DNA of 64,000 bases from Syntrophales bacterium (GCA_963662405.2 CAXXKT010000001.1:2624001-2688000); one strand, 5' to 3'; positions 10,258 to 20,800 are shown, numbered from the stretch's first letter. The notes: generated by a model not told the origin, from the sequence alone. Numbers and translations are program-made.

Positions 10258-10560
10258 ATGAGCAAGAGACCGCGGAGGAACCATGCACCGTCCTTCAAGG
10301 CGAAGGTGGCATTGGAGGCACTGAAAGGGGACCAGACGATCGTTGAGCTTGCCGAGCGGTATCAGGTACACCCGAACCAGATCACCACATGGAAGAAGCA
10401 GTTGATGGATCACGCATCGGACGTATTTGGCAAGGGTCATAAGGACAACCAGGGTCCGGATGTAAAAGAACTTCACGCCAAGATCGGACAGTTATCGATG
10501 GAGAATGATTTTTTATCACATGCGCTCGGTCGCATCAACGGAACGAGCGCAAAGCGATGA
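10258..10560 (+). CDS. IS3 transposase OrfA
   Basis: FKAKVALEA HTH. Confidence 0.88.
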   Translation: MSKRPRRNHAPSFKAKVALEALKGDQTIVELAERYQVHPNQITTWKKQLMDHASDVFGKGHKDNQGPDVKELHAKIGQLSMENDFLSHALGRINGTSAKR

Positions 10561-11387
10561 TCAAGAGAGAAAAGAGTGTGCCCATAACCCGTCAATGCGA
10601 ACTCTTGGAGCTGTCCCGATCGAGTGTTTATTACTCTCCGGTTCCGGTCAGCGCGAAGGATCTGGAGCTGATGCGTCAGATTGATGAGATTCATCTTCAG
10701 TATCCCTTCTATGGGAGTCGGAAGATTCGCAATGAGCTGTGGCAGAGAGGGTATGATATCGGACGTGATAAGGTACGTCGGTTGATGCGTCGCATGGGGA
10801 TCGAGGCGTTGTACATCAAGCCGAGATTATCGATAAAGCATCCCCAGCACCCGATATATCCGTATCTGTTACGGGGACTTGATATCATCCGTCCCAACCA
10901 CGTATGGTCTGCCGATATCACGTATATTCCCATGGAACGAGGGTTCTGTTATCTGGTAGCCGTTATGGACTGGGCGAGTCGGATGGTCCTCTCCTGGCGG
11001 TTGTCGAATACGTTGGACAGTGCGTTTTGTGTGGATGCGCTTGAAGAAGCACTCACCACGTATGGGCGCCCGGCTATCTTCAATACCGATCAGGGCAGTC
11101 AGTTTACCTCACAGGCATTCATCGATGTCCTTCGCTCTCATGATATCTCTATCAGCATGGACGGTCAGGGGCGATGGATGGACAATGTCTTCATCGAACG
11201 GCTCTGGAAGAGCGTCAAGTACGAAGATATCTATCTGAAGGCATACGGTTCAATGAAAGAGTTGAAGAAGGGGCTTACCGACTATTTTCAGTTCTACAAC
11301 GAGAAACGGTGGCACAATACTTTTGACAGAAAGACACCGGCTATGGTTTATTTTGAATCACTACCACAGGGACAGGCTGCGGCATGA
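10557..11387 (+). CDS. IS3 transposase OrfB (DDE)
   Basis: WSADITY, NTDQGSQF, DNVFIER. Confidence 0.92.
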   Translation: MIKREKSVPITRQCELLELSRSSVYYSPVPVSAKDLELMRQIDEIHLQYPFYGSRKIRNELWQRGYDIGRDKVRRLMRRMGIEALYIKPRLSIKHPQHPIYPYLLRGLDIIRPNHVWSADITYIPMERGFCYLVAVMDWASRMVLSWRLSNTLDSAFCVDALEEALTTYGRPAIFNTDQGSQFTSQAFIDVLRSHDISISMDGQGRWMDNVFIERLWKSVKYEDIYLKAYGSMKELKKGLTDYFQFYNEKRWHNTFDRKTPAMVYFESLPQGQAAA

Positions 11388-11790
11388 ACACAAACCCAGG
11401 GCAACTTCCCACTTATAAATCCCTGTTACCTGTCCAAAGAAACCGGACCACCTCTCCTGTCCTGTAACAAATCTTGCACCATTCACCTAATCTTTAGGAA
11501 CATTGCTTAAGAGATTCACCAATTACCCATTGAACATCTCATGGCAATTTCTCGTGCCAAAACATACCGGGATGGAGTTGATGATTAATAAACGTTTAAC
11601 ATGTCATATGTGTTTTTAATTACATGCAATGTTCTGTCGAGGGCATGATCATGATACTGATCATTATGACAAAGATGAGGAGAATAATGATGAGAAGGAT
11701 GAAAAAAATAAAAAGATCACCATGCAGTCCTGTCTCTCAGACTAAAAGATGGGGATTTTGTTTTTGTAAACAATTCCAAGAATAGTCTCT

Positions 11791-12684
11791 TTAACTGTTT
11801 CTCTCGTGTTCGGGGTCTGATAAATCACCGGCCAAAGCCTCAACAAATCCTTGTTTTAATTTCTCGAGCTGAATATTTATTGTATCGAAATTACTGTTAA
11901 ATTCCAGCTTCTCTCGGATCATGCTGATAATTAAGTTATTAGGGGGGCGTGTTTCAGCATCTAAGATAGACCGTACAGTCTTTGCCGTTTTTTTATTAAC
12001 AATCGTGGCCATATCTCTGCCGAGTAATCTTATGCTTGCGAGCCGAGTGTCAAAACCTTCTTCTTCCAACAAGTGCAATTCGTTATTGTAAAGCCTGTCA
12101 AAATTTCCTGCTTGTTCGTATTCGTGCATTATAAACAACAAATCATCAGCATCTTTTGCGCGTTCGGGATATTTTTCCTTCCACGAAATAAGTTTCATGA
12201 CTGCTAGACCCGGCAAGGTAGGAACTTTGACATCGAGCTCGGGATCAGAATTTAGCCTGACTATAATTGAATTTTCAAAAGCCTCTTTAAAGCCCATTAT
12301 ACTCATAAATATTTTACGTTCCGGTGGCCAACCAATTCTTTCTTGATCATCGGCAATTGCACCAAATGGAACTATGTCGATAGGAGTACAATCGAAGAGG
12401 TATCTTTGAGGTTCTTTTGTGCGAGAAAACTTACCCGTTGAGATTAACGAGTCAGTCAACTTGTAAAATTGTTCCCAATCAGCAACGTTAATGCCCAAGT
12501 CGATATCTCCCGTCCTTCTGTGGGCACTTATCCCATAACAATGTTTCAATACAATGTCTCTCGCAAATGCGCCGACCACAAAAAAGACAATATTCAAGCT
12601 GTCGGCTTCTGTTTGAATGGCTAGAAGAGCCTCTACCTTTTGCTGATCAATCTTCCCGGATAAATTGAACAATATATTTTTCAT
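11791..12684 (-). CDS. abiEii: Type IV TA toxin, AbiEii-like nucleotidyltransferase
   Basis: VGAFARD..R.TGDID, K..SW..R.KDADD motifs; overlaps antitoxin gene. Confidence 0.8.
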   Translation of the reverse strand: MKNILFNLSGKIDQQKVEALLAIQTEADSLNIVFFVVGAFARDIVLKHCYGISAHRRTGDIDLGINVADWEQFYKLTDSLISTGKFSRTKEPQRYLFDCTPIDIVPFGAIADDQERIGWPPERKIFMSIMGFKEAFENSIIVRLNSDPELDVKVPTLPGLAVMKLISWKEKYPERAKDADDLLFIMHEYEQAGNFDRLYNNELHLLEEEGFDTRLASIRLLGRDMATIVNKKTAKTVRSILDAETRPPNNLIISMIREKLEFNSNFDTINIQLEKLKQGFVEALAGDLSDPEHERNS

Positions 12685-13699
12685 AGATCATTTTCGCAGT
12701 GTCAATGTTCCGTTGGTTACCTGTTGCGATAAGATCTGCATAGATAAGCATTGGGTGTACGAGATCTTTGTATTCGATGTTTTCATTATAGTCCCAAAAC
12801 CGGTTGAGAATTTGAACTTTACCAGTCGGATCCTTTTTAAGCTTACATTCAAATAATAGATGGTTGAGATATTGAGTATTTGTATAGATCGTAATTATTT
12901 CAGGATGGAGATACTGTGTCAACTTCGCTGCGGCGACCTCTCCACCCCATTGAACCTTCAAATAATCCAATTTTCTTTGTTGCCACCAATTGTCGCCCTC
13001 ACCCCTGTAACATCCCAGAATCTGTTTGGGCTTTAATTGTTCTGGGTATGCCGTGACCCACCGTTGAAATAAAATATTTTTCTGAATAAGTTTGTAACCT
13101 TTTTTCCCCATACCTATTAGAAAACCTAGGTTCCTTAGATCCCTCATAAACCAACCAACTGTTCCAAGGGCCACTTTTGCTCTCGCAGCAATTTCTCGAA
13201 ATGGTCTATTCTCTAGTCCGGGGTTACACAGCAAAGCATAAATTATTTTAAGGCCTGTGGGTTTGAAAGCCCTATTGGTTGGCGCCTCTCCCGGAATCTC
13301 CGGAGGCTTGTTACCTTTTACAAAAATATATATTGGTGGTTGGTTTATGAATGCATTGCCAGCCGTATCGATGAATTCTATATCAGCTTTCAATAGCTCT
13401 TGTGCCGCAAAGGGATTTATATGCTTTGCTACTAATAAAAGTGGATGGGGTAATTCTTGTTTGTACATGAGCAATAATAGGATATTTGCCTTTGTGAAGG
13501 CATTTTTAATCTCAGCACAATATCTGAACTTTTTCCCATTTATTTGAACATCTAGCTCCATGTCCGGTTGAAAATCGACGTTGTAATGGGGGTGTTCAGT
13601 CAAAAAATTGACTTTTAACTGCACGAGGGTATTCTTCCTAAATGCTTCGGCGGCAAGTTCAAGGAGCTCTTTCTGTCTATTAATATTTATATCAGGCAT
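12647..13699 (-). CDS. abiEi: Type IV TA antitoxin, AbiEi-family regulator
   Basis: FIDTAGN, wHTH (REIA..A.VALGTV), WGGEVAA, HPMLIYADL. Confidence 0.8.
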   Translation of the reverse strand: MPDININRQKELLELAAEAFRKNTLVQLKVNFLTEHPHYNVDFQPDMELDVQINGKKFRYCAEIKNAFTKANILLLLMYKQELPHPLLLVAKHINPFAAQELLKADIEFIDTAGNAFINQPPIYIFVKGNKPPEIPGEAPTNRAFKPTGLKIIYALLCNPGLENRPFREIAARAKVALGTVGWFMRDLRNLGFLIGMGKKGYKLIQKNILFQRWVTAYPEQLKPKQILGCYRGEGDNWWQQRKLDYLKVQWGGEVAAAKLTQYLHPEIITIYTNTQYLNHLLFECKLKKDPTGKVQILNRFWDYNENIEYKDLVHPMLIYADLIATGNQRNIDTAKMIYEKYIVQFIRED

Positions 13700-13720
13700 G
13701 GGATGTTCACGCTTTTTATT

Positions 13721-13816
13721 TGTTCATAAAATGTGAACATAAGAAATATTTGAACAAATGTCAATATGTTTATTTTTGAATTGTGCATCTTTTTGTTACG
13801 TTCATATAAAGTGAAC
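13721..13816. promoter_or_regulatory. Two GTTCA-N7-TGAAC palindromes, probable AbiEi operators
   Basis: 13721-13739 and 13800-13816 upstream of abiEi. Confidence 0.55.
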
Positions 13817-13880
13817 ATACTTGAAAATTGAACACCAATGAGATGTTCGCATCTAAAGCAATGGGACCAAACTTTATTTT

Positions 13881-14096
13881 TTATATTTCATTCTGTCCTA
13901 GAAGCTGCGCCAAAGATAACCCGAAGCAATTTGAGATAAACACCATTCTTTTTTTTGCCTTGTCCAATTCTTCCCTATTCTCAACCCAGTTTACCAGCTC
14001 ATTCCAGGCTTCAGCACTTTTCTGCAAAGAATAAAGCTGAATATTTTGATCACTAACCGCAACTGACGGAGATCCAAATTTGCAATAATGAACCAT
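13881..14096 (-). CDS. Small hypothetical protein or gene remnant
   Basis: GGAGG upstream; 71 aa. Confidence 0.35.
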   Translation of the reverse strand: MVHYCKFGSPSVAVSDQNIQLYSLQKSAEAWNELVNWVENREELDKAKKRMVFISNCFGLSLAQLLGQNEI

Positions 14097-14142
14097 TTAT
14101 TCCTATGCCTCCGTTAATCGATCCTTCGGCTGGTCACAACGC

Positions 14143-17100
14143 TCAGCCCCGATAAAGCACTCCGATAATAGCTCGCGCGCTTGTTACGCTTTGGAACCCT
14201 TTGTGCGGCTTGCCGACAGATAGAATTTGCGAGGACCCGAGACCGCCGATGCTCTCGAATTGCATCAAGTCAGCAAGTTCCCCGGAAAGTACGGCACCCA
14301 CACGCTTGAATATGCCTGACCCGTCATCAAGATTCAGTGCGACAAGTGCATCTTTACGCCGGCATAGGTCGCTAAGCTCGATGGGACTGCCGCCGAGCAC
14401 AACCTGCTTTGCAAGCGCGAGGGGAACCGCGCTGTCGTCGCGCACGCGGAAGGCAACCTCGACGCGCCTCAAGACATTGTCCACATCAACCCGCACCGCC
14501 TCATCCTGTCCCGGTGGGACCAAAAGGGAGTGGTCGAAAATGATTCCAACGACTTGGTGGATGGCAACGTCGTTCTCGGGGAAAAAGATCGACTTTGGGG
14601 TTCTCGTGCGGGGATCGGGGACTTCCGCCGTGAGGCCAATGATACTGGCGTTCACATCACGCACCAAGCGGCGCGCGTACACGGTGCTGCCATGCCGGGC
14701 GATGACGAGTGCCCGATCAGTTACGGGTCCAGGTAGGGATTCGACTATTGCAAGTGCACCGCCAGGTGCGGCAAATCCAAAATTGGGTCGGCGGAGATAA
14801 TAGACGACGGTGTTCTCGAGAAGGTGAGGATCAAGGCGTTCCAGAGGTTCTTGTGATTCATCCGAAGGCGCGCGCTGCGTAAACGCGGCAAGATCTGGAC
14901 AGATCACGACGTCCAGCGCGGGATGGGGCATAGGTGTAAGTGCGGGCGGTGCATCGGTCGCAGACTGATCCTTGGGTGTGTCCCTTCGTCGCCAGCGATA
15001 GCATTCCATGTACATTTTTTCGACGAGTTTGAGGAGTTCTTCCAATTCGTTGGCGCACAGCGCCACCTCGGCGGCCCTGATCTCTTGACGCCGACCATGA
15101 TGCGCCTTGTTCATGAGTGCGAGCACCGGCGATCGGTCGGCGAGCGCTGGATGCTCGACGAAGTCGCTGAATACATGCGCACTAAACATTCCCCGCGGAC
15201 CAGCCGTTGCTTCCTGTCGAAGGCGCTGCAAAAAATCCGAAAGTGTCGGATTCGGATGAGCGATCGCCCACGCTGCATGAGCCGGATCATCAAACATGTC
15301 TCCGAGCTTGTCCTCAAAGAAGACCCGACAGCCGTCGGCGAAGTCGCGTGCAGGCTCCTCCGCATTTCGGTCCACGTCGAATCGAGCCTTTCGCCGTTCG
15401 ATGACCGGGAACGGTGGCGAGGTTCGGACTGCAGGCTGCTGGCGCGTCGCCGGATGTACTTCTAAGTGTTCTGGTCCATTGGGGACCTGAAGGCGGGAGA
15501 CGTACCCACAAAATCTTGGATCATATGAGGTAACGATCAATTGGGCGTTGGCGGCTACCAGTGCGGTAAATGAGGCCGCGAGGCGTTCACGGTTTTCGTC
15601 GTCGAGCAGTTCCTGAGGGTCGTCTAAGACCAAGGTCGTCAAGCCACCACGTTCTCTCAACACGTACACCCAGAATGCGAGAAAGAACGCGACCAGGCTA
15701 GCGCGAAGAGCTGAAGCGTTGACGACATGTTGAGCAGGCGCCGAGATGCCACCCGCCTGTACGACAAGGTCTAACTCGCCCTTGCGGCCCAGCGCGGTGT
15801 CGACCAACTCGTGTGCGGTGTCAGGAAACGCGCCGAGATAAATCCTGGTACGCCAGTCAGCTGCATCCTCGCGCAGGGTTTTGCGAAGCTGATCAACCTG
15901 ATCGTCGGCAAATTGTCCCAAACTGGCGAGATTCGTGAGCGCCGCGCTCGCGATAGTGTATTCGCTTAGGCGCTGTTCAGTGGTCCGGCGTGCCTTCAGA
16001 TGATCCTTGAGCCGGCCACACTGGATAAGCGCGTCGGAGATGGGCTGTGCGCCTTTTACCGTTGCTTCAAGGTCAAGCAACTTTCCGGTGAGCGTGATCT
16101 TTTCGTTCGGCTCATCCTTCTTCGGCCTACTCCCAAGCACGCAGGCAATGATGTTATGTACGAGGGTGTCATTGGCCTGGCGCCATCGTGCAAACCGGAT
16201 TGCGCAGTCGAGGCGTTTCAGAGTCTCGCCAAGCGCATCGCCTCCTTTTGGAAGCACAATGTCGGTTGGCTCGATCAGCGCCGAGCGCTCTTTGACGACA
16301 TCATCAAAGGCGGACGCAGTTTGCATCTTCAGATCACCCAACACTCCCCGAAACGGATCGAAGGCAAAGAGCTCATCCACGATCGCCGCGCGAAGCAAGT
16401 CGCACGGGTGGGCCGGCAGGTCGGTGGCGGCCTCTGTGAGAAGCGGTTCCGGTAGACTTCGCATGAGGTCACCCTGCGCATTATTGGCCCATTGGCTAAG
16501 CGTTTGTGACAGCAACGCCGCGTTCGAAGCCGCCTCGTGCATGTGTGTTTTTACCGGCTTACCGGTCACGGGATCGATCGCGTGTTCGAGACTGCCGCCG
16601 CAGACGAGGCATATATTCTCCTTGCGTTGTGGGTCGGGATGATCCGTGATCCATGCAACGATACGCGCATAGAGACGGGTTCTCGCGGCCGTTGACGGAT
16701 CCTTCGACAAAGCATCAAGGGTTTTTGCTTCCGCGAGAATAGCCTGAATCTTGGTTTCTGACGCATTGAGTTGCTCGTGCTTGAGCTTGCGCAGAGCATT
16801 AATTCTGGCGGCTGAGATGAGAACCTGTGGTTGGCTTACGCGTTCAAGTGCCCCGCCAATATTCTTCTCCAGATCGGAAAGGAGGGCGGGATTGACGGGG
16901 TCGAATCGTTCACCCAGAATGTCGCGTGCGGATTTAAATGCATTGGCCTTCGCGGCATCGAAGTGTTTGGTGATCGCATCGAGGGTTTTTTCGATCTCCT
17001 TATCATTGGACGGTTGGGGCACAGCTTGCCCCGGTTTCAGGCTTGGATGCGCCAACAAAATCTTTTCGAGGTCACTCTTTGAGGTAGTATAGTCGCGGTC

Positions 17101-18054
17101 CGCTCGCGCGCATTCGACCGTTTTGGCCTTTATGAACTCTTTGTCGATCTTGGTCTTTGCCCGCCGCGCGTGCGCGGCGAGATCGACGAGGGCGGAAAGG
17201 CCCGTGAGCTGCGAAACGGCACGACCCAATTCAGATTCCGATCCGACTTTGATTAGTGGAAGAAGCCCCGGCATAACGGTTCCGATGCGCAGTGCGATCG
17301 GATCAACACCGAGGGCCGACAGGTCAGGCTGCGTTTCCTTCAGCTTCCCCTGCGACGACCGGCTCAGGCTGCGGCGGATAATTGGGAGTTCTGTTCCAGT
17401 CTCATCAGTGAACGTCAGTTCCACCCATGTGTCGGCAAGGACACATGCCTGATCGGGGCGATACTCCTCCAGATTCGGCAGCGGCGTGAGCGGCGATAGT
17501 TTATGCACCGTGCGTTCATCACCCCCGTCTGCTGCGGTAACCCAGCACTCGAAGTCTTCTGCAGCCTCGGGTTCACGTTGCGGACGCAGCATTTCCCCTG
17601 TCAGGGTCCAAATGATCGCGTTCAGCAGAGATGTCTTCCCCGAGCCGTTCCTGCCTTCGAAGAGCGTAAGCGGCGAAGTGAATTCGTGGACATAGTTTGG
17701 AGGCGGGGCGGCAGGCGTCCCGAATTTATGAAGGCCAGCGAACCTGTATGCCTCCAGCTTCTTCAGCTTCAAGTGCCTCCACTTGGCGTTTGCCGGTCGT
17801 GCGGTCAATGCTGATAATGCGGGCGGTGCCAGAAGAATGGCATTGACCATGTCTTCGCCGATCGCCGCACTGACGTTGGCAGTCCACACACCAGCGCCTT
17901 TCTTGCGGTACCATTCGAGTGCACTGCGCGTCCGTTCGTCCGGTAAAACAAAAAGCTCCCCTGTAGCCGTCTCAACCGATCTGCCACTAACAAGGTCGGC
18001 GATTAGCGAATCAAGTGTATGTAAATGCAAGGATCGTGATTCAGATTCGGGCAC
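14143..18054 (-). CDS. Rad50/SMC-like ABC ATPase with long C-terminal extension, candidate defence protein
   Basis: GRNGSGKTS, coiled coil with central CLVC, LVLDDP, TSYD; GGAGG RBS before GTG. Confidence 0.75.
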   Translation of the reverse strand: MPESESRSLHLHTLDSLIADLVSGRSVETATGELFVLPDERTRSALEWYRKKGAGVWTANVSAAIGEDMVNAILLAPPALSALTARPANAKWRHLKLKKLEAYRFAGLHKFGTPAAPPPNYVHEFTSPLTLFEGRNGSGKTSLLNAIIWTLTGEMLRPQREPEAAEDFECWVTAADGGDERTVHKLSPLTPLPNLEEYRPDQACVLADTWVELTFTDETGTELPIIRRSLSRSSQGKLKETQPDLSALGVDPIALRIGTVMPGLLPLIKVGSESELGRAVSQLTGLSALVDLAAHARRAKTKIDKEFIKAKTVECARADRDYTTSKSDLEKILLAHPSLKPGQAVPQPSNDKEIEKTLDAITKHFDAAKANAFKSARDILGERFDPVNPALLSDLEKNIGGALERVSQPQVLISAARINALRKLKHEQLNASETKIQAILAEAKTLDALSKDPSTAARTRLYARIVAWITDHPDPQRKENICLVCGGSLEHAIDPVTGKPVKTHMHEAASNAALLSQTLSQWANNAQGDLMRSLPEPLLTEAATDLPAHPCDLLRAAIVDELFAFDPFRGVLGDLKMQTASAFDDVVKERSALIEPTDIVLPKGGDALGETLKRLDCAIRFARWRQANDTLVHNIIACVLGSRPKKDEPNEKITLTGKLLDLEATVKGAQPISDALIQCGRLKDHLKARRTTEQRLSEYTIASAALTNLASLGQFADDQVDQLRKTLREDAADWRTRIYLGAFPDTAHELVDTALGRKGELDLVVQAGGISAPAQHVVNASALRASLVAFFLAFWVYVLRERGGLTTLVLDDPQELLDDENRERLAASFTALVAANAQLIVTSYDPRFCGYVSRLQVPNGPEHLEVHPATRQQPAVRTSPPFPVIERRKARFDVDRNAEEPARDFADGCRVFFEDKLGDMFDDPAHAAWAIAHPNPTLSDFLQRLRQEATAGPRGMFSAHVFSDFVEHPALADRSPVLALMNKAHHGRRQEIRAAEVALCANELEELLKLVEKMYMECYRWRRRDTPKDQSATDAPPALTPMPHPALDVVICPDLAAFTQRAPSDESQEPLERLDPHLLENTVVYYLRRPNFGFAAPGGALAIVESLPGPVTDRALVIARHGSTVYARRLVRDVNASIIGLTAEVPDPRTRTPKSIFFPENDVAIHQVVGIIFDHSLLVPPGQDEAVRVDVDNVLRRVEVAFRVRDDSAVPLALAKQVVLGGSPIELSDLCRRKDALVALNLDDGSGIFKRVGAVLSGELADLMQFESIGGLGSSQILSVGKPHKGFQSVTSARAIIGVLYRG

Positions 18055-18358
18055 GCAGCCTCCTTCAAGGTGGAAAAATGCGGGACCAGAACGGAGAACA
18101 AACGAAACTTTCGACAGCTACGGCTTGGAAGCTACCTCTCTTTTTGAAGCCTGTCAATCATTTAGTACAGGGAGAAGGGCGCAGCGAAACACGAGCTCTG
18201 CCCCTGCTGCACCAAATCTCACGCGTTGCACCTTGTCATCACCATCGAGTGCGCCGAGAGCTCACCGATTGTTTATTCGAAGTCTATAAGAAGGATGGAT
18301 GCGAATAAATAGTATCTTTCAAACCATACTCATCAGCCATGATTAATTGAATGGTAAT

Positions 18359-18812
18359 GTTACCGATTGTTGACTTCACCTACCTGCTCAGAACAATCCC
18401 AAAAGAAAATCGATTATTACCATTCGAAAGTCTCGACGGAAAAGTTCTTGACACGACAGCATTATGGAGCTAGTGGTTTATATGGTTTATCGGTCTTGAC
18501 TGCTTTGTATATTTTTGTGAGCAGCTATAACCTGGAGGGGATTATGGCCTGATCATCAAAGCCCTGTTTCTCAAAAAGAGATGGGGCTTTTGTTTTTTGT
18601 GAGCAGCCCGGGAGAATATTGCAGTCACCAAGACAAAAAAGGGTATTATACAATTTCTGTATAATACCCCCTCATAAATTGAAGTGCTCTTTTTATATGT
18701 ACGTATGACAATGGCTTGCGATTGCACCCTTAATATGTTTTCGAGGGATCTTATACAGATCTACTAGCTGTGTTTCGTTTTTATACAGAAAACTGTCTAT
18801 TTAATGTTAGCC
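18359..18812 (+). repeat. Module leader copy C ending in attI-like site (GTTAGCC 18806)
   Basis: GTTACCGATT start, TTGACA 18448, ATGGCCTGATCATCAAAGCCC hairpin, TTATACAGAAA block. Confidence 0.85.
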
Positions 18813-18827
18813 AGCAGAGGATAGTTC

Positions 18828-19496
18828 GTGGAAGACATACTCAGCGATCAAGCACTGAAAACAATCCGTGATCGGTACTACGCCGGAGTCACCGCCGCTG
18901 AACTTGGCTTTGACTTCAGCAAAGGTGACGAAGATTCGCTCACTGGTGCGCTAGGACAAGCGCTTCTCACGCCATCCACATTGGTTACGACTAACGCCGA
19001 TACGCAATTTCGATACGCCATTTATCACTACAAGTTGCGCGGACGTGGTCCGAACGCTCCAGAAGCGGAATTAGGGGCAGACGGTATATTCCAGATTGAA
19101 GTCACTGATCGTGATGGAAAGCTGCTCCGCCGAAAAGGGCTTCTATTTCAATCAAAGAAAGAATGGACTGGAAAGGACTCTCTCTTAGGCAAGCAAGCGA
19201 AAAAGATGGCTAAAAAACCAGGGGCAGGTATCGTGATCGATTTTGGCCCGCAAGGCTACAATACATGTCCAGCAAAACTTGCAGCCCACGCAGAGGGTCA
19301 AAGGCATGATATCGATAAAAGGGAGTTTACGAGGCTGGCAAAGACTCTAGGTGACGAATTCGTTCGGTGTCGTGTTGGAGTCGAAGGGCTTTGGTACGAT
19401 CCCGACAGGGAACTTCTTATTGCTCCAGACTCTGATGAACCCGGCATGCACGTCATCGACGCTCGAGTTCAACGCCTAAGCGACCGAATTGGCTAA
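18828..19496 (+). CDS. Gene cassette: PD-(D/E)xK nuclease-like protein
   Basis: E..LGAD...LFQSKK motif; stop overlaps attC. Confidence 0.65.
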   Translation: MEDILSDQALKTIRDRYYAGVTAAELGFDFSKGDEDSLTGALGQALLTPSTLVTTNADTQFRYAIYHYKLRGRGPNAPEAELGADGIFQIEVTDRDGKLLRRKGLLFQSKKEWTGKDSLLGKQAKKMAKKPGAGIVIDFGPQGYNTCPAKLAAHAEGQRHDIDKREFTRLAKTLGDEFVRCRVGVEGLWYDPDRELLIAPDSDEPGMHVIDARVQRLSDRIG

Positions 19497-19547
19497 CAAG
19501 CAAATCCAGCGGACGGCTTTCAGCCGGCACTGATCCGTACGTTATGT
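19491..19547 (+). other. attC site
   Basis: GGCTAAC (complement of GTTAGCC) ... hairpin ... GTTATGT. Confidence 0.85.
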
Positions 19548-19557
19548 GGGAGAACCA

Positions 19558-20097
19558 ATGAAGACGAGATTGCTTTCTTTTATTAATAAACCTTGGTGGA
19601 GTTTTGTCGGATGTGCTTTGGCAATCTTTGCCTTCTTTGGGATTAATAGCGGCAATTTATCTGAAACATTCGGAAAATATGAATGGATGATAAGTGCCTC
19701 TAAAGGGTCACTAATTATTGGAGCCTTTCTATTTTCGATTCATGCTTATATTAGGGCAGAGAAAAATAGAAAAAACTTAATCCAAATCAAATCATCGACT
19801 TACGATGAAGTTTATAAAAAGTTCTCAGACACAATAAATTATGCAGTTGGAAGATACAAGGGGTATAAAGACAAGTTGGATCCTGACAATAGAAAGTATA
19901 CCACTGTTGGTGTCCATGAAATGATAAATGAAGTTAAAAGTGCTAGATTACAGCTTCTCTCAATTTGCGGTGATAATTTGAGATCTATATTATTGAATGA
20001 AGGAACAGACTGGCTAGATGATATAGATAAATTTGGGAGTGTCGCTCCTAACATTATTGAAAAGCTAGCTAAAAATGCATACAAAGATAGAGAATAA
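19558..20097 (+). CDS. Gene cassette: two-TM membrane protein, unknown function
   Basis: GGAGA RBS; between attC sites. Confidence 0.7.
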   Translation: MKTRLLSFINKPWWSFVGCALAIFAFFGINSGNLSETFGKYEWMISASKGSLIIGAFLFSIHAYIRAEKNRKNLIQIKSSTYDEVYKKFSDTINYAVGRYKGYKDKLDPDNRKYTTVGVHEMINEVKSARLQLLSICGDNLRSILLNEGTDWLDDIDKFGSVAPNIIEKLAKNAYKDRE

Positions 20098-20105
20098 TAA
20101 TCATG

Positions 20106-20165
20106 TTATAACAAATCTCTCTAAGAGAACGGCCTGAACGGCCGCCCTTCAGCTTCTCGTTAATG
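20106..20165 (+). other. attC site (degenerate)
   Basis: TTATAAC...CGGCC-TGAAC-GGCCG...GTTAATG. Confidence 0.7.
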
Positions 20166-20800
20166 ATTCCAGAATGATCTTTGCAATTGCTTCAATATTA
20201 ACACTCTTTGCAGAATACCCCGCGGCTTGCCGAGGGGATGAATGCATGCCTTGCCCAGGGGGTTATAAGGGGGAGCGGAGCGTCCCCCTTATCCACAGAG
20301 GCCCTTGTGTGACAACATGATATAAGACTGTCATGACGATTCAGCGAACGAGTCATGCGGTCTACGACACGAGTTACCATCTGGTATGGTGTCCGAAGTA
20401 CCGTAAGAAGGTTTTTGAGCGAGCGGATCTTCGGGAACGAGCGGGACAGCTCATTCGAGAGATCAGCGAGGATTATGGATTTGACGTGATCGAGATGGAA
20501 ATATTTATTTTATCTGTTTCAGGAAGAATCGCGCAGCAAAAGTATTTCTTGGACACTCCTGCGGCGATCCACCCACTCTTCACCTACGAGTGCTCATAAT
20601 AATCCCAGGAGAAAATCGATTATTACTGATTGGAAGTCTCACGGTAAAATCTCTTGACAATACATCATCATAGCGTTAGCTAAGTAGCTGATTTGATCTT
20701 TACGTTTTTTCTGCCTGTGAACAGCTATAACCGGAGGGGATTATGGTCTGATCATCAAAGCCCTGTTTCTTATCAAACGAGAGATAGGGCTTTTGTTTTG
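20159..20800 (+). repeat. Module leader copy D (interrupted by IS200 remnant), upstream of Gabija
   Basis: GTTAATGATTCC start; CAGGAAGAATCGCGCAGCAAAAGTATTTCTTGGACACTCC shared with copy F; TTGACA 20654; hairpin 20757-20800. Confidence 0.85.
20333..20500 (+). pseudogene. tnpA: Truncated IS200/IS605 Y1 transposase with left-end hairpins (~20208-20300)
   Basis: YHLVWCPKYRKK motif; homology ends before HUH motif where leader sequence resumes. Confidence 0.85.

Larger units (their letters stand above)
10182..11455 (+). mobile_element. IS3-family insertion sequence
   Basis: Imperfect TIR AGAG(C/G)TGGTC..TTTGGACAGG, 3-bp DR CCT, orfA/orfB. Confidence 0.9.
10081..11766 (+). repeat. Module leader copy B (degenerate, split by IS3)
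   Basis: GTTCTGATTACC..TACAGGAGAAT before IS; TTCACCTA, AATTACCCATTGAA and GTCCTGTCTCTC..AGATGGGGATTTTG hairpin after IS. Confidence 0.6.

Noticed and set aside
11542..11559. Sigma54 promoter-like TGGCA..TGCCA
   Set aside because: GG-to-GC spacing is one base too long on both strands
18367..18552. Small protein (..YNLEGIMA) encoded by the leader, e.g. a type I toxin
   Set aside because: Frame is kept in copies A and C but shifted in D and E and diverged in F; only ATG-NNN-TGA is invariant
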